A stretch of DNA of 64,000 bases from Lama guanicoe (Eukaryota), in assembly GCA_013239625.1 (NCBI GenBank), contig MU053652.1:2172001-2236000 (forward strand), given 5' to 3'. Below are positions 1 to 12,789 of this stretch, piece by piece (the stretch's first letter is position 1; each line of letters starts with the position of its first letter). The translations under genes and the position numbers were made by a program. A model generated the notes under the pieces. It was not told the DNA's origin, did no database searches, and was given only the letters and a program-made list of their open reading frames with translations.

Positions 1-1849
1 TCTCTGAATGAGGTCCCTTCCATATCCACTTTCCCAGCCTTCCCCCTGGAATAGACTCCTGGGACTCCCTGAAAAAAAAATTTTTTTTTTTTGAGTAGTG
101 ATTCTCTGAATGTGCTTCTGGGCACAGGGACCCTGGGAGCATTCATCAAAACTCAATTCAAGGCAAGTCACTCATCACTTCTATTTTGCCAAATGGTAAT
201 TTGGCTTCCCATCAATTGAGTCTGGGAAAAATTATTTTTGGCCAGTGAGCCTACCTCCCAAAGGAATTCTCTAGGCGAACTGGGCTGGTTCGGGTACAAG
301 TTTGGTAAGTCCTCGGCTCAGAAGTAGGAAGCAGTTTGCTTCCCACATTATACGTGGGCTGCTGAGCCCTGCACTTGGTGGCTGATGTTCTGTGAGGCCT
401 CCTATGTGCTCTGTGCTGTCCTAGATGCTTACTTACATAGTCTCCCACCTATGAGGTCAGGACTGCTAGAGATGAGGGAACGAGGGCCCCAGCACTTCCC
501 AGCTCACTCAGGGCCACACAACCCCCAAGTGGTGGTGACAGGTTACCCAGCTGAACTGTCACTTGCTTTCTTCTCAACAGCACTTTTGCCCATGTCTTAA
601 GACTCATTTAGTTGTACACCTGTCACAAGTAAGTAAATGAAGGCTCTGGCAGGAGGAACAGGTGGTTGCCTTGGTGTCCCAACCAAGCAAGCCTTTGTTT
701 TTCCTACGGGAGCATATGTCCTTCCAGCTCAAAATACTTCAAGCCTTTGGTCTCTGTGACCTAACATATGATCTTCTTCCCCTAAACGTAAGGATTGAGG
801 ACTTGCCTGTTGCCAAATTACCCTCTAGGACTGTGGTTCCTCTAAGCCAACTCCCTAATCCATTTGAAGTTCTCAATCATAAGTCAGCCTGTGGAAGCAT
901 CCAAGACAACTGATTGATGGGCTATGTCAGAGGAAACAGATCAGACCAAGCTCAGGGGTCTGAGAGGCAGCTGCGTCTACTTCCCTGAAATGCAAACCCC
1001 ACCCCCAAGCCACTCAAGCATCTGGATTTCAGCAGCATCAGGACCCATCAAGGGCTGCTTGACTTCCCTTCAACATCTGCAGGCTGTCAGCAGGGAGGAC
1101 ACCATCAATTGGTCCATCAATGAGTGGGAACCAGATATAAGGTTGTAATTGCTCTGGGACCCACATTAAAGTGTCAACATTCTATAGGAGGGTGACAGGC
1201 CCAAGAGTCTGGAGCAAATAGAGATTGTGGCTCTAAGAGAAATGGTAGTCGCTATGGAAAATACAAAGTTCTTTACTTCCTGGATTCCTGCTGTTAAGGA
1301 AACCAAGTCTTATCAATTCCTTCCCTTAAACTTCTCTCAAATTCTTAGCCTCCTTCTCTTTCCCAGGACTGCCCTGAAGGCTCGCATCATCTCTGGCTGG
1401 GAGTACATCAACAGCCTCCTAAATGCTCGAGTGTATCTGACTTCCATATGCCAAACAGGTGGTCCATCCAAATGAAAGTTGGCTTAAAATTCCATTTGCT
1501 CAGGGCAGAGGCAGTACAAACTTCAGGGAATCCAGAAGACGCATTGAGGTGTCGAAGGAAAAAAATTAAACTTCTATTTATTTTTCTAAAAACAGATTTT
1601 AAGGAAACTAAGCTTTACTAATACAGAATGTTCATCTTGGTACCAACACCCGTGATCCGTCAAGGGGTGGAGCAAGCAGGGGAGCACGGAAGCCCCACAG
1701 CTAAGGGTTTGACAGTGAGGTCCTCATTTAATCCTTCCTCCTTGCCTTTTTTATATAATCAATCCAAGCTGCGCTAAATCCGATTAATCACAATCCCTGA
1801 TCCATAGGACATTTCATCATCAGTTATTAATTCAGTCATACATTCATAT

Positions 1850-2303
1850 TTTTTAAATAATGGAATAAGCACCCATAAATCCACCACCCAAGAGTAAACC
1901 TAGGACCTCAGCGATAATTCCCACCCAGCCATGTGGCCACTACCCATCCCATCTTCCTGCCGTCCCCACCGAAGGGAGCCACCAGCCTGAATCACAGGTC
2001 CACCACCCTTAATATAGGAACAATGTTCCTTTTAATACAATGCTAATTCATTTGTATGCATTCCTTTAAAGGTAAAGATTTTGAATTTAGTGGCTTTTAC
2101 CACTCTAAAGAAGAGGCATTGTGCTATATACAGTCTTCTGAGCCTTTTCTTCCTCCACTTAATATTGCCTTGCTAAGATGCATCCTCATTGCTTCATGTC
2201 ACAGAGGTCCCTCCAGTTTCACTGCTCTGTGGTATTCTGTTATGTTACTACACCACAGTTTATTCACCCACTGCCCTGTTCATGGGCACTTGGGCTGTTT
2301 TCA
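1850..2303 (-). mobile_element. Ancient L1 (L1ME-like), ORF2 end plus 3' UTR
   Basis: The reverse complement reads gaaaacagcccaagtgcccatgaacagggcagtgggtgaataaactgtggt..., a degenerate form of the L1 WKQPKCPS...WINKLW region. Confidence 0.75.
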
Positions 2304-2304
2304 T

Positions 2305-2858
2305 CAAGAAATAAAATTAAAATTTATTTTAAAATTCAAATGAAATGCAAAGATCCAAGAATAGCCAGGACAGTCTTGAAAAAAATATATATATGGAATA
2401 TGTAAATATATTCTCTGAACGGACTCATACATAGGATATATAAAGATATAAAAATTCACTATAAATAGGGCAAGTTACCCAGTTAAAAAATGGGCAAAAG
2501 ACTGAAACACTTCATAAAGAAAACTATCCACATGACCAGTAAATACATGAAACTTCATTAATCTTCAAAGAAACTCAAAGTGAGATATAACCTCAGACCC
2601 AACACAGTGATGAAAATTTGAAAGACTGACAACAAAGTGTTGGTGAGGATGTGGAAAAACTAGGACTCTCACACCTGCTGGTGAGCACACAGGTTGGTAC
2701 CGCCGCTTCAGGACACGGGCATCATCTATCAAAGCTGAACATACCTATACGCTACAATAGCAATTTCACTACTAGATACACAGCCACAGGAAATGTATAC
2801 ATATGTACACCAAAAGATATGTGTAAGAATGTTTATAGAAGTGTTAGTCATCATAGTT
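2305..2858 (+). mobile_element. Ancient L1 (L1ME-like) ORF2 fragment, inverted relative to its neighbour
   Basis: Contains aaatgcaaagatccaagaatagccaggacagtcttgaaaa, tgggcaaaagactgaa, gtgttggtgaggatgtggaaaaactagga and ccaaaagatatgtgtaagaatgtttatag, all typical of late L1 ORF2. Confidence 0.8.
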
Positions 2859-3299
2859 TAGTACCAGTTATAAATGTAAATTCGGCCCCAGCGGCATGCA
2901 TACTTTTTACATCCTTCAGCCTACCTACCACAGATGGAAGAGAGACTGGAATTTGCCTCTCCCCAGAAGGGCGTGTGAGGAGGGTATTCTGCGCACAGTG
3001 GGCTACAGAGAGGCACCCTTCATCCCCCTTAGAAAAAAGTTATTGTCTTTCTAGAATATCAACTTGGGGGATCCAGTACTAAATATCCACTTAACATCAG
3101 ACTTTAAATGGAAAAAAAAATGTATTTTGGACTCTAGGTACTCAACTGGAACTAAACATAATCCTTGCTTATGAGCCAAAGCTAGTGTTGTTCCACACGC
3201 GGCCTGCTGGTCCACTCATTCATGCATGCGTGCGTGCATTCATTCCTTTTTGTTCACCCAACTCCAAATCCAGAGCAATATAAATAACATGTCTGGGTG

Positions 3300-3655
3300 T
3301 TCCTCACCTAGCCTGGCCCCCTCCCTTAGTTCTCCCCAACCTCTGCCAGAGATGACCATTACACTAAAGTCTGTGCTTAGCACTCCTTTATTTTCCAGTG
3401 TATCGCCCATATGCCTTATATATTTTTTCATTTTAATTCTAAAGTTTAGAAAACAGGTAATGTACTGTATACAGCCTTCTAAATCTTGCTTTTTTCTTCA
3501 TTCATGTTACTAAGATTTGTGTCATTACGTGCAATTCATTCATTTCCACTGCTATAAAAATATCCATTTTGTAAAGATATCATAATTCATTTATCCATTC
3601 TTCATTCTGTGGGCCTTCAGGTTGTTTCCAAATAGTGCTGCTTTGAACACTGTGG
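3300..3655 (-). mobile_element. Ancient L1 (L1ME-like) 3' fragment
   Basis: attcatttccactgctata...tttatccattc...caggttgtttcca...gctgctttgaaca is antisense L1 3' region. Confidence 0.65.
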
Positions 3656-4924
3656 TGTGATTCACGTCCTAACACTCACCATTTCTCACACTATGGTTAA
3701 GGCTATGTTATGCTTCTGGACATGTATTTCTGGAAAGGTGGTAATGATGATAATAATAATAATGTGATGATGAAAGCTGACATTTGTGGGATGTGTCACC
3801 TGGTACAGAGCACTTTCATCAATGTGATCCAACTCTAGGCACAGGTCGCCTGTCACAGGGTTGGGAAGTGGCTGAATCCGTGGCCTCCGGGTCTTGTTTA
3901 ATGAATTATTCTGATCTATTTCCAGGCCTCAGGACTTAATTACCATTTCTGTCCCTATAAAGACTAGTTTCACTGCAATACAACGTTAAAAATGGGTGGG
4001 ATATGTTACGTCAGTGAGTATTGGAGGAAACTGAGGTGTAGACAAAGGTCACTGGTGAACAGCCAGACCTGGTACCACCCAAAGATTCTTCTCCTTCTCC
4101 AGCCACAGGTGAGATGCTGCAGGGCCTGTGGGAGACCCGTGCTGCCAGGGAGGTAGGATTCCTCCTAGTGTTGTCCACCCAGAACCCTTTCTCCCAGGAT
4201 GAGAGCAAGTTGCCCTTGACCCTTTCCCGGCTGTCTCTCTCTCCCAGTTCCCGCGTCGCCTCCTCTCCTGGGAGGCCAGGCTTGGCGGCAGGCTGCCAGC
4301 CCTTCTCTGCTCCTCGTCCCCATCACTGAATAATGAATACCAGCTAAGTGATGGGCTGGTGCCAGTGACCTCCTAGCAAATCTTCCCCTTGGAACTTGGA
4401 TCAATAACACTTAGCTGCTCCTTTTCAAGTTGGAAGGCAGGCAGCAGGAAACCCAGACTGGACCCTTCCCCTCAGGGAGACATTGCTCTGGTAGCCCCCA
4501 AGCCCACCCTCCCAGGCTGTTACTGATTCCCAAACTCCCATGGGGTACAAGTGCAGGACTGAAGCAGTGTGTCAACAAAAGACTGATCCCCCTTCTATCT
4601 GCAGCCCAAGTCCCCATCTCCCGTGAGGAGTGATTGTTACACTCCACCTCCAGGAAAGGGCTCTCATCCTGGGAGTTCTGGCCTGGGCAGCTGCAGGAGC
4701 TAAAGGGAGACTGTGTTCTGGATCACATCAGCCAGCTCATAATCTTGAGCTGCTTGGTTTGGGATTAGAGAGGAAGAGAGGGAAAGAGGCGGTGTTTCCA
4801 CTTAGACGGTCAATTCAACGACCTTGGTTGGGCTCCGTATCTGATCGAGGCACTGTCAGGTCCAGCCTGGTTCTAGGAATCACATCCTCTTGTCTTTGAG
4901 AATTCACACTGCAGAGTTGAAGGA

Positions 4925-5160
4925 GTAATAACACAGCCAACACTCACAACGTGCTTCCTTTGTGCAGGCTCAGCTCCAAGCCCTTAGCTTGTAACTCTTT
5001 GAACCTCACAGTTACCTGTAAGGTGCATACTATCTCCTCCACTTCAGAGATGAGAAAACTTACACAGAGAGGTTAAGTGACTTGCCCAGGGTCACAAAGC
5101 TAATGGGCAGCAGAGCCAGAGACTGAATGCAGGCAGTCAAGTTCCAGAGTGCATGGTCTG
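4925..5160 (-). mobile_element. MIR SINE
   Basis: Antisense MIR core: gatgagaaaacttacacagagaggttaagtgacttgcccagggtcacaaagct. Confidence 0.85.
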
Positions 5161-5214
5161 CAGCTCTGCACCAAGCCTCCTAGAGTGCATGGTCTGGGAA
5201 AACAGGGGTTTTAC

Positions 5215-5400
5215 AGACAGACGTTCCTGACTCTGAATCCAGCTATTATTTACCAACGATGTGATGGGCAAGTTTTGCAATCTATTTCCCAGAGTCTCTT
5301 TTTCCTCATGTGAAAAATAGAGATAACACTTATCTCAAGGGCTGTTATAAAAATAAAAATGAAATAAAGTACAGACTAGGTGTTCGATCGGTATTAGTTT
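5215..5400 (+). mobile_element. MIR SINE
   Basis: ctctgaatccagct...gggcaagtt...tttcctcatgtgaaaaatagagataa...agggctgtt. Confidence 0.7.
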
Positions 5401-5857
5401 CCTGATTAAGAAGCTGGAGCCCCTTAGTCCTCCATACAGAGGGAGGACTTCTGATCTGGGGCAGGAAAGCCCTGGGTCATGTTTGGGGTCCTGGTATCAC
5501 CTCCCTGGCCTGGTGTCATAGCTTCTCCTTCTTCTCTGGTCGCTGTTTCCAGGTTCCTCTTCTTGATGCCTCCCCAGCATCCCAGCCCTCTTCAAGAGTC
5601 TGGCAGGGGGGCTGGTGCAGGGCGCTTTCACCACTCCCCTCCCGCTCCCCTGCCAACCTCCCTGGCCACGGCCCACACCTGCCTGGGTGGCCTTCTGAGG
5701 CCACACTCTAAGGCCATGCCCTTCTGAGGGAGGCTGGGCCACATCATCGGGGACATGCTGCTCTGTAGATGCACAGCTTAGATCTGTGCCACATGAGCTC
5801 CTCAAAGCATCCTTCCCCCTTACCTCTGAGTTAAATGTCTCCCTCCCAGCAGACCTG

Positions 5858-6750
5858 GTGCATTAGTTATTCAACGCTGCACAACAAATCATCCCAAACC
5901 TAACAACTTCATACAACAATGATCACGTATCATCTCGTGCTTCTGGTGAGTCAGGAATTTAGACAGGCATGTGGAGGATGCCTCATCTCAGCTCCACGAT
6001 GTGTGGAGCCTCAGCGGAAGGATCTGGAGGCTGGGTGGCTGAAATCACTGAAGGCTTGACTGGGGCGGGAGGATCTGCCCTCGAGGTGGTTCACTCACAT
6101 GACCCACAGGTCGGTGCTGCCAAGTTGCTTCCTCGCCACGTGGGCTCTTCACAGGCTGCTTGAGAGATGTGTTAGTCTGCTAACTAAGTACCACAGACTG
6201 GGGGATTAAACCACAGAAACTAATTTTCTCACAATGCTAGAGGCTAGAAACCCAAGATCAAGGTATTGACAGGATAGTTTCTTCTGCGGCTTCACTCCTT
6301 GGCTTGCAGATGGAATCTCTTCCTGCGTCCCAACATGGTCTTCCCTCTGTGCATGTCTGTGTCTAAATCTCTCCGTGTAAGGACACCAGTCATATTGGAT
6401 CAGGGCCCACTCAAAATACCTCATTTCACCTTAATTACCTCTTGAAAGGCCCTATGCTGAGGTGCTGGGGGTGTGGACCTCAAAATATGAATTGGGCGAG
6501 GGAGACACAAGTCAGCCCATAAAAAGTGTCTTTGTGAGGTGGTGGCTGGCATTCTCCAGAATGAATGACCCCAGAGGCCAAGGGGGCAGCTGCCACGTCT
6601 TCTGTGGCCTTGGGCTCAGGAGTCACATAGCATCACTTCTGCACTCTGCTGTTGGTCACTCAGGTCAGTCCCATTTCAGTGTGGGAGGATGCTACATAAA
6701 GACATGGGTTCCAGGAGAGTCCATGGGGCCAGCTGGGAGGCTGGGCACCA
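5858..6750 (-). mobile_element. Older MaLR solo LTR (MLT1F/G-like) split by a younger MLT1
   Basis: Left part gtgcattagtt...gctgcacaacaaatcatcccaaacct...gtcaggaatttagacaggc; it resumes after 6522 with ggagtcacatagcatcacttctgcactctgctgttggtca. Confidence 0.7.
6168..6522 (-). mobile_element. MaLR solo LTR (MLT1A/B-like) nested in the older MLT1
   Basis: tgtgttagtctgct...taccacagactggg...aaggacaccagtcatattggatcagggcccac...cagcccataa. Confidence 0.85.
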
Positions 6751-8280
6751 CAGCAGAGAGAGCAATGGCCCTGCCCTACACTTAGCACATGACCCAGGAG
6801 GAGAATGCACAGTTGAGACCAAGCTCCTGAAGGAGAGACCTGGAAGGCACACAGTCACTTTGTCAAAGGCTCCCGTCACCATCTGCAGTCGGGACAGTGG
6901 CTCCAGAGATGAAGCCAAGAAAAGGGACTGGAAGTGTTCCTCTCAAACTGTTACCTCTTGGGGAGTAAAAGTGCCATTAACCCTATGAAAACCTGAGGCG
7001 GTGTCCCCATGATGGAGACAGGTTCCATCCCGCCCCCTGGTTCGCACCTCCTGCTGCATCGTGTGTGTCACCAAGTCTCGGGGCAGACTGGACACAGCCA
7101 GGTGGACACCAATAAATAAGATCCATGCCATTTGCAAGGAGCTTGTAACGCAGCACAAGGCATAGAACAAGTGACAAAATAACTCACAAGACTGACTGCA
7201 TCTGTTCCTCCTCAGAGCGCGGGGGACCACATCGTGGCCATGGAGAAGAAGGCTCCACCCCTTTGTCCTGAGTAGAAGGGACTTAAAAGCAGAATTGTGC
7301 TGTTCATTCTCCCTTAACTGTTTAATCCACAGAAAAGCAGAATTGATGCCATCCAGCTACTATTGACCAGAGCATCAAAGATCCATGTCTGGGACCCCGG
7401 TGACCTACAGTCCATTTACTGAGTCCTCACTGGGTGCGTGTCCCTGGAGATACGCAATGAGCTTGAGATGAAGTCCCTGCACAACCCTGACTTAGAAGCA
7501 GCCGCTCAGCTCTGACAACCATTGCCTTTTCCAAGTGGATGCGGACCTGGTACTGGAGTCCTAACACAGTTCTCAGCCCCGCCTTGGAGTCAGCCCTGCG
7601 CGGGCTACCAGCCTTCCCCTCCTCCCTCATCATATAGTCCTGGGGCTTCACATCAAAAGAGCCAATCGTCCCGTGCTTCCCCACTACCTTCCTTCTGGGC
7701 TAAAATCCCCTGGCCCACGTTCTAGGGGAGAACGGCACCTCCTGCGATGGTGCCTTCCCTCTCTTGGAATCTTTGGGCCTAATTTAAACTTCCTCCGCCC
7801 CCACCCCCTCGGAGGGAAGGGGAGGATTCCTCCAGCCCCAGCTGGCCACATCTCTCATTCACCTCATCCATCATCCCGACAGATGGGCCCTAGAGAGAAG
7901 CCACAAGCAGGACAGGGGTAATTAGGATCCATTAAGGAGATGAGGCTGAGCTGCAGGGGGCACCATTCATCCCCAACCCCCTCTTCTAAAGGGAGCCATC
8001 AGCCACAGTGAGCTTGCCCCCCTGCTCCCCAAGTTCCTGGGGAGGATGAGGCCACAGTGGGTAAAATGAGCATCTTGAGGACAGAGAGGCCTGGATTTGA
8101 GGCAGGGACCCACAGGCCACATTCCAGCAGAGAAGGCAGGGAGCTGGGAAGGGGAAACAGGATCCCCATTAGGATCCAATGTAGGAGGCTGTTCCTAAAC
8201 CAAGGCCTCAGCTTAGGAATGCTGCAATCAAGGCTGCTGTCAGCAGCCTCCCCACGTGGCCCAGCCCAGGGCCAGAGGCC

Positions 8281-8524
8281 CTGTTCCCTGAACCCTGCTG
8301 TCCAGGACTCCTTGGAGGGCACATCTTAGCTTCCTCTTTCCCAGGGCCCTCACAGAGCAGAAACAGGTGAAACCTGAATCTTGGGTGCTGGTGTCTGGCT
8401 GAGCACCTGGCAGAGGCTGAGCTACTCCTGTGTTTCTTTGCTGGTTTTAGTCAAGATAGCAGTTAAGCTCCCATGAGACCAGGAGATGGGAGACGACAAT
8501 TACTCGTGTGAGAAGACAGACTAG
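8281..8524 (+). repeat. Local direct duplication, copy 1
   Basis: Aligns ungapped to 9966-10209; 15 mismatches in the first 240 bp by manual count. Confidence 0.97.
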
Positions 8525-9965
8525 ATAGATAGAGGCCACAATGGTGGCCTCCCCATGTGGCCAGCCTTTGCAGTGGCAGAGAAGGCAGCCCCGGGTGCCG
8601 GGGTAGCACTCTCAGAGCCATCTCCAGAAGGCCCCTATCAGAGAGCAAATGTGCTTTTCAAGAGAGGGTTACAAATTAAACTCTCAGCAGTTGCATCAAG
8701 CACCTTTTTTCTGATTAATCTGTCAGACTGGCCGCCTCCCTGAGAGAGTGAGAACTCTCAATAGCCAGGCTTCAATTATTTTTTTCTATTTTGATCAGAT
8801 TAGAAAATTCGGGGGTTGTGGGGAATGGCAGATGGTGATGGGGTGGGGCTTAAACAGAGAGGTAAAGTGTGAGAGGCACCCACTGCAGGGGAATCCATGC
8901 TCCCCTTTCTCCTGACTCAGGCTTGACTCAGTTGGAGGAGAGGGGGAGGACTTGTCCCAGGACATCAGGTCAGCCCTGGAGAGGACCTGGGTCCCACACA
9001 TCGTCACATGCTCATAGGGTCCCCTGTGCTCAAGGCCATCACTGGAGAGTGGAGCTCCCAATCTTCAGATGATGCCAATCACCAGAAGCCCTCATACCCT
9101 CAGAAATAGACTGGTTGTCTTGTCCCAACCAGACACTCCCTCTGGGACAGTGAAGACAGACAGGAGAGCATTCACCGTCCAGATACAGGTGCAGAGAGAA
9201 GATGAGGGCAGTGAGTCCTAAACCAGGGTGTAGTGCTTTGCCATCTGTGACTGGCTCCCTCCTTGATTGAGGTGGTGGTAGCAGCATTTATCTCCATCTT
9301 CCCACCAGGAGACAGGTTCAGAGATTCTGAGTGACATGTCCAAGGTCACACAGCTGGTAAGTAGCAGACTTAACTAACCAGCTCCTATTTTCAGCAGAAA
9401 GCCTGTTCTTTAATACATGAGACCTGATCATTACCATCTAAACCCCAGCAAGTCATCCATTCCTTCCTAATACAGTCCCTCCTCAGGAATCCTAACCTGT
9501 CACTCACTCGTTCATTCACTCAGAGCTGATAAGAAATTGGTCCTATGATCTCGATGCCTACAGGCCATGCCCTCCATGGCAGTGCTCACCCAGTGGTGGG
9601 ACGGCTCACTGGCTAAGCCCTGATCTACACGAGGTCATGTTGTTGCTGGGACAAGGTCTGGTTGGTCAGGGCCCCAGAGCATCGCATTTTGTGGCTCAGT
9701 AAGAGGCCAGAAACAAAACTTTCCCCTTTTAGTCATGTAGTCAAACCCTGTACCCCTTGGGTAAAAAAGCAAGAAGTATTTTGAATACAATTCAGTGTTT
9801 TGGGTGCAGCACAAATGCTGTCTGAAAAGGGTTTGTTGGGTCTCTAGCAGCTTGTTGTTTGTTCGGGACACTGAGTTCCCTGATGTCTATTAGGTCATGT
9901 CTGAAAGGAGCTAAGAGACATTGTGGTTCAGGACCACAGACAGCAGCTCCGGCAACCTCCCGGCA

Positions 9966-10209
9966 CTGTTCCCTGAACCCTGCTGGCCAGGACTCCTTGG
10001 AGGGCACTTCTTAGCTTCCTCTTTCCCAGGGCCCTCACAGAGCAGAAACGGATGAAACCTGAATCTTGGTTGCCGGGGTCTGGCTGAGCACCTGGCAGAG
10101 GATGAGCTACTTCTGTGTTTCTTTGCTGGTTTTAGTCAAGATAGCAGTTAAGCTCATATGAGACCAGGAGATGGGAGACGGCAATTACTAGTGTGCCAAG
10201 ACAGACTAG
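9966..10209 (+). repeat. Local direct duplication, copy 2
   Basis: Offset 1685 bp from copy 1, ~94% identical. Confidence 0.97.
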
Positions 10210-10219
10210 GTAGAAAAAC

Positions 10220-10298
10220 AGATAGATTAGATAGATAGGTAGATAGGTAGGTAGGTAGATAGATAGATAGATCGATAGATAGGCAGGCAGGCAGGCAG
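10220..10298 (+). repeat. Compound tetranucleotide microsatellite (GATA/GGTA/GGCA)n
   Basis: Directly visible: gatagattagatagataggtagataggtaggtaggtagatagatagatag...ggcaggcaggcag. Confidence 0.95.
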
Positions 10299-10759
10299 AC
10301 AAATAATTGTAGAGGCCTGATATTAAGTATCAGTGGGACTAATCATTCAGACAGGTAGAAACTCTGGAATCCACAACGAGGTTTCCCAGGGCAGAATGCA
10401 GTGAATGGCCGCACATTTGCATAATAGCTTTCTTGTTGTTCCCTTTGTCCTTTTGTTGCTTCAGCTAATTTCTTCTAAGCTTCCTGTTATTTCTCTCATT
10501 CCCCTGAAAGGACCAATCTATAAAATGGTAACACATTCCCCAGCACAATGCTGTCATACATTTGTAAATCTGGGAATACGAATGGACACAAAGCTCTTGA
10601 TCAAGACAGCACCAGGACTCTCTCCTGCCCCTCCAGGAAACAGGTTTTGGGGCTTCCCTCCAGACTGGCTTCACAGGTGTGCCACCTATACAGCTGTCCC
10701 ATGCTTAGAGGCCCTGTGATTACAAAGACCATATGCTTGCAAACAAATAAGAAGCACAT

Positions 10760-10966
10760 TAATACATACAAAATAGATAAACAACAAGGACCCACTATAT
10801 AGCACAGGTAATTTATATTCAATTTCTTGTAATAATACATAATGGAAAAGAATTTGAAAGGAAAATATATACGTATGTAAATGTATAACTGAATCACTTT
10901 GCTGTACACCTGAAACTGACATTGTAAACCAACTACACTTCAATAAAAAAATTTTTTTAAATAAAA
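10760..10966 (+). mobile_element. L1 3' UTR end (artiodactyl type), 5'-truncated
   Basis: aaaatagataaacaacaaggacccactatatagcacagg...ctgaatcactttgctgtacacctgaaact...cttcaataaaaaaa. Confidence 0.9.
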
Positions 10967-11224
10967 TATGCAGTCACTGTTTAGAATTTCTCAATCATGT
11001 TTTAACAAGGAGCTTCATATTTTCATTTCATACTTGGCCCTACAAATTATATATGCTTCTCTCTCTGAGTCAGGTTTGTCCAGGATACGGCCAAACTCCA
11101 ATGGCAAGTGGACAACGTGTGACCACATCTCCCAAGAGTTAATCCATCCCACCAACTCTGCCTCTTCTGGTTCTCACCTAGCTCCCCAGCACCCTCGATG
11201 GCCATGAATCATAGAAGACAGACA

Positions 11225-11976
11225 CTGTGGAGAAAAGGGAACCCTCCTACACTGCTGGTAGGAATGCAGTTTGGTGCAGCCACTGTGGAAAACAGTATGG
11301 AGATTCCTCAAAAGACTAGGAATAGACTTACCATATGACCCAGGAATCCTGCTCCTGGGCATATATCCAGAAGGAACCCTACTTCAAAAAGACACCTGCA
11401 CCCCAGTGTTCCTAGCAGCACTATTTATAATACCCAAGACATGGAAACAGCCTAAATGTCCATCAACAGATGATTGGATAAAGAAGATGTGGTATATTTA
11501 TACAATGGAATGCTATTCAGCCATAAAAAATGACAACGTAACACCATCTGCAGCAACATGGATGTCCCTGAAGAGTGTCATTCCAAGTGAAGTAAGCCAG
11601 AAAGAGAAAGAAAAATACCACAGGAGATTTTTAAATCTAAAAAAAAAAAAAAACATAAATACAAAACAGAAACAGACTCATACACATGGAATACAAACTT
11701 GTGATTGCCAAGGGGGATGGGGGTAGGAAGGGACAGACTGAGAGTTCAAAATTTGTAGATACTGACAGGCATATGTAGAATAGATAAACAAGATTATACT
11801 GTATAGCACAGGGAAATATATTCAAGATCTCGTGGTAGCTCACAGCAAAAAAAAAAAAGTGACAATGAATATATGTTATGTTCATGTATAACTGAAAAGT
11901 TGTGCTCTACACTGGAAATTGACACAACATTGTAAAATGACTATAACTCAATTTTAAAAAGTTAAAAAAAAGAAGA
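11225..11976 (+). mobile_element. Relatively young camelid-type L1, 5'-truncated, with ORF2 C-terminus, 3' UTR and A-tail
   Basis: ORF 11271-11726 ([32 protein letters not shown]...KTWKQPKCPSTDDWIKKMWYIYTME) is the L1 ORF2 C-terminus. Candidate TSD agaagacagaca (11213-11224) / agaagagggaca (11977-11988). Confidence 0.95.
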
Positions 11977-12789
11977 AGAAGAGGGACAAATCCTATTAGC
12001 CAGCACACAATCTGAAGCCACATTTCCTGAGTTCAGCCTACAGACTAGTTTGGTTCATTTATGAAGAGATGGAACAAAGAGAAGCACAAAGACTGTTGTC
12101 TGGATGGAGCTTTTAATAGTTGAAGTCACCTCCTTTGTGCAGAAGCCCTGAGTGAGTTGAGAGTGATTCCTCTGGTCCCAAGGATTCTAATGGTCCCATT
12201 AAAGAATTATGGGGCTGCCGTGTTTATGCTGCCCACTCCTGCTCCCTCCCCACTTGTCCATTGTTCCAGATAACCGTCATTCATCTGTTCCAGACAACAA
12301 GCATTACTAGATTACTCCAGGCTCTCCTAGGCATGGGGGATCCAAGTGTTAACAGAGACACGGGGTTTATGCCTTCATAGATCCTACCGGCTCATCACAA
12401 ATGAGACCCAAATGCCACATCATCCATATGCACACTCACGTGGGAAGGACTAAGAGCCACATTCCTGTCTTGGAAACTATTGTTATCCCACTCGGGTTGT
12501 CTGTCCTCTTTTCGGCCAACCCATGCCTAGTTAACTGGATGTCCAGAATCCAGCTCAAAAGATACTTTTTATGGGGTAGGGGAGTCCTTCCCTGTCCAAC
12601 TCCATGCTGATCATTGCTTTGTGCTGCTCCACTCAGCTGCCTCTGCACTGCATCCTACCCAGCGACTCAAGTGTTTCTGTGGCTCTGTGTTTGTCAGTTC
12701 CCACGAGGATTACAGATGTCCTGACTTGACAGGAAGTGCAGGGATCTGGGGTCTGTTTTCCCCTGTACCCTCATTATTGTGCCTGAGGT

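Noticed and set aside
8281..10209. The duplicated pair as the two LTRs of a small retroelement
   Set aside because: Homology does not end at a clean CA terminus, I see no PBS, PPT or TSD, and the spacer contains an old MIR fragment (~9285-9380).
10415..10422. Octamer motif ATTTGCAT
   Set aside because: About two such 8-mers are expected by chance in 64 kb on both strands, and there is no good adjacent Sox site.
11271..11726. 151-aa ORF with clear protein similarity (also 19873-20115 and 48241-48653)
   Set aside because: These are L1 ORF2 C-terminal remnants in 5'-truncated copies, not host genes.
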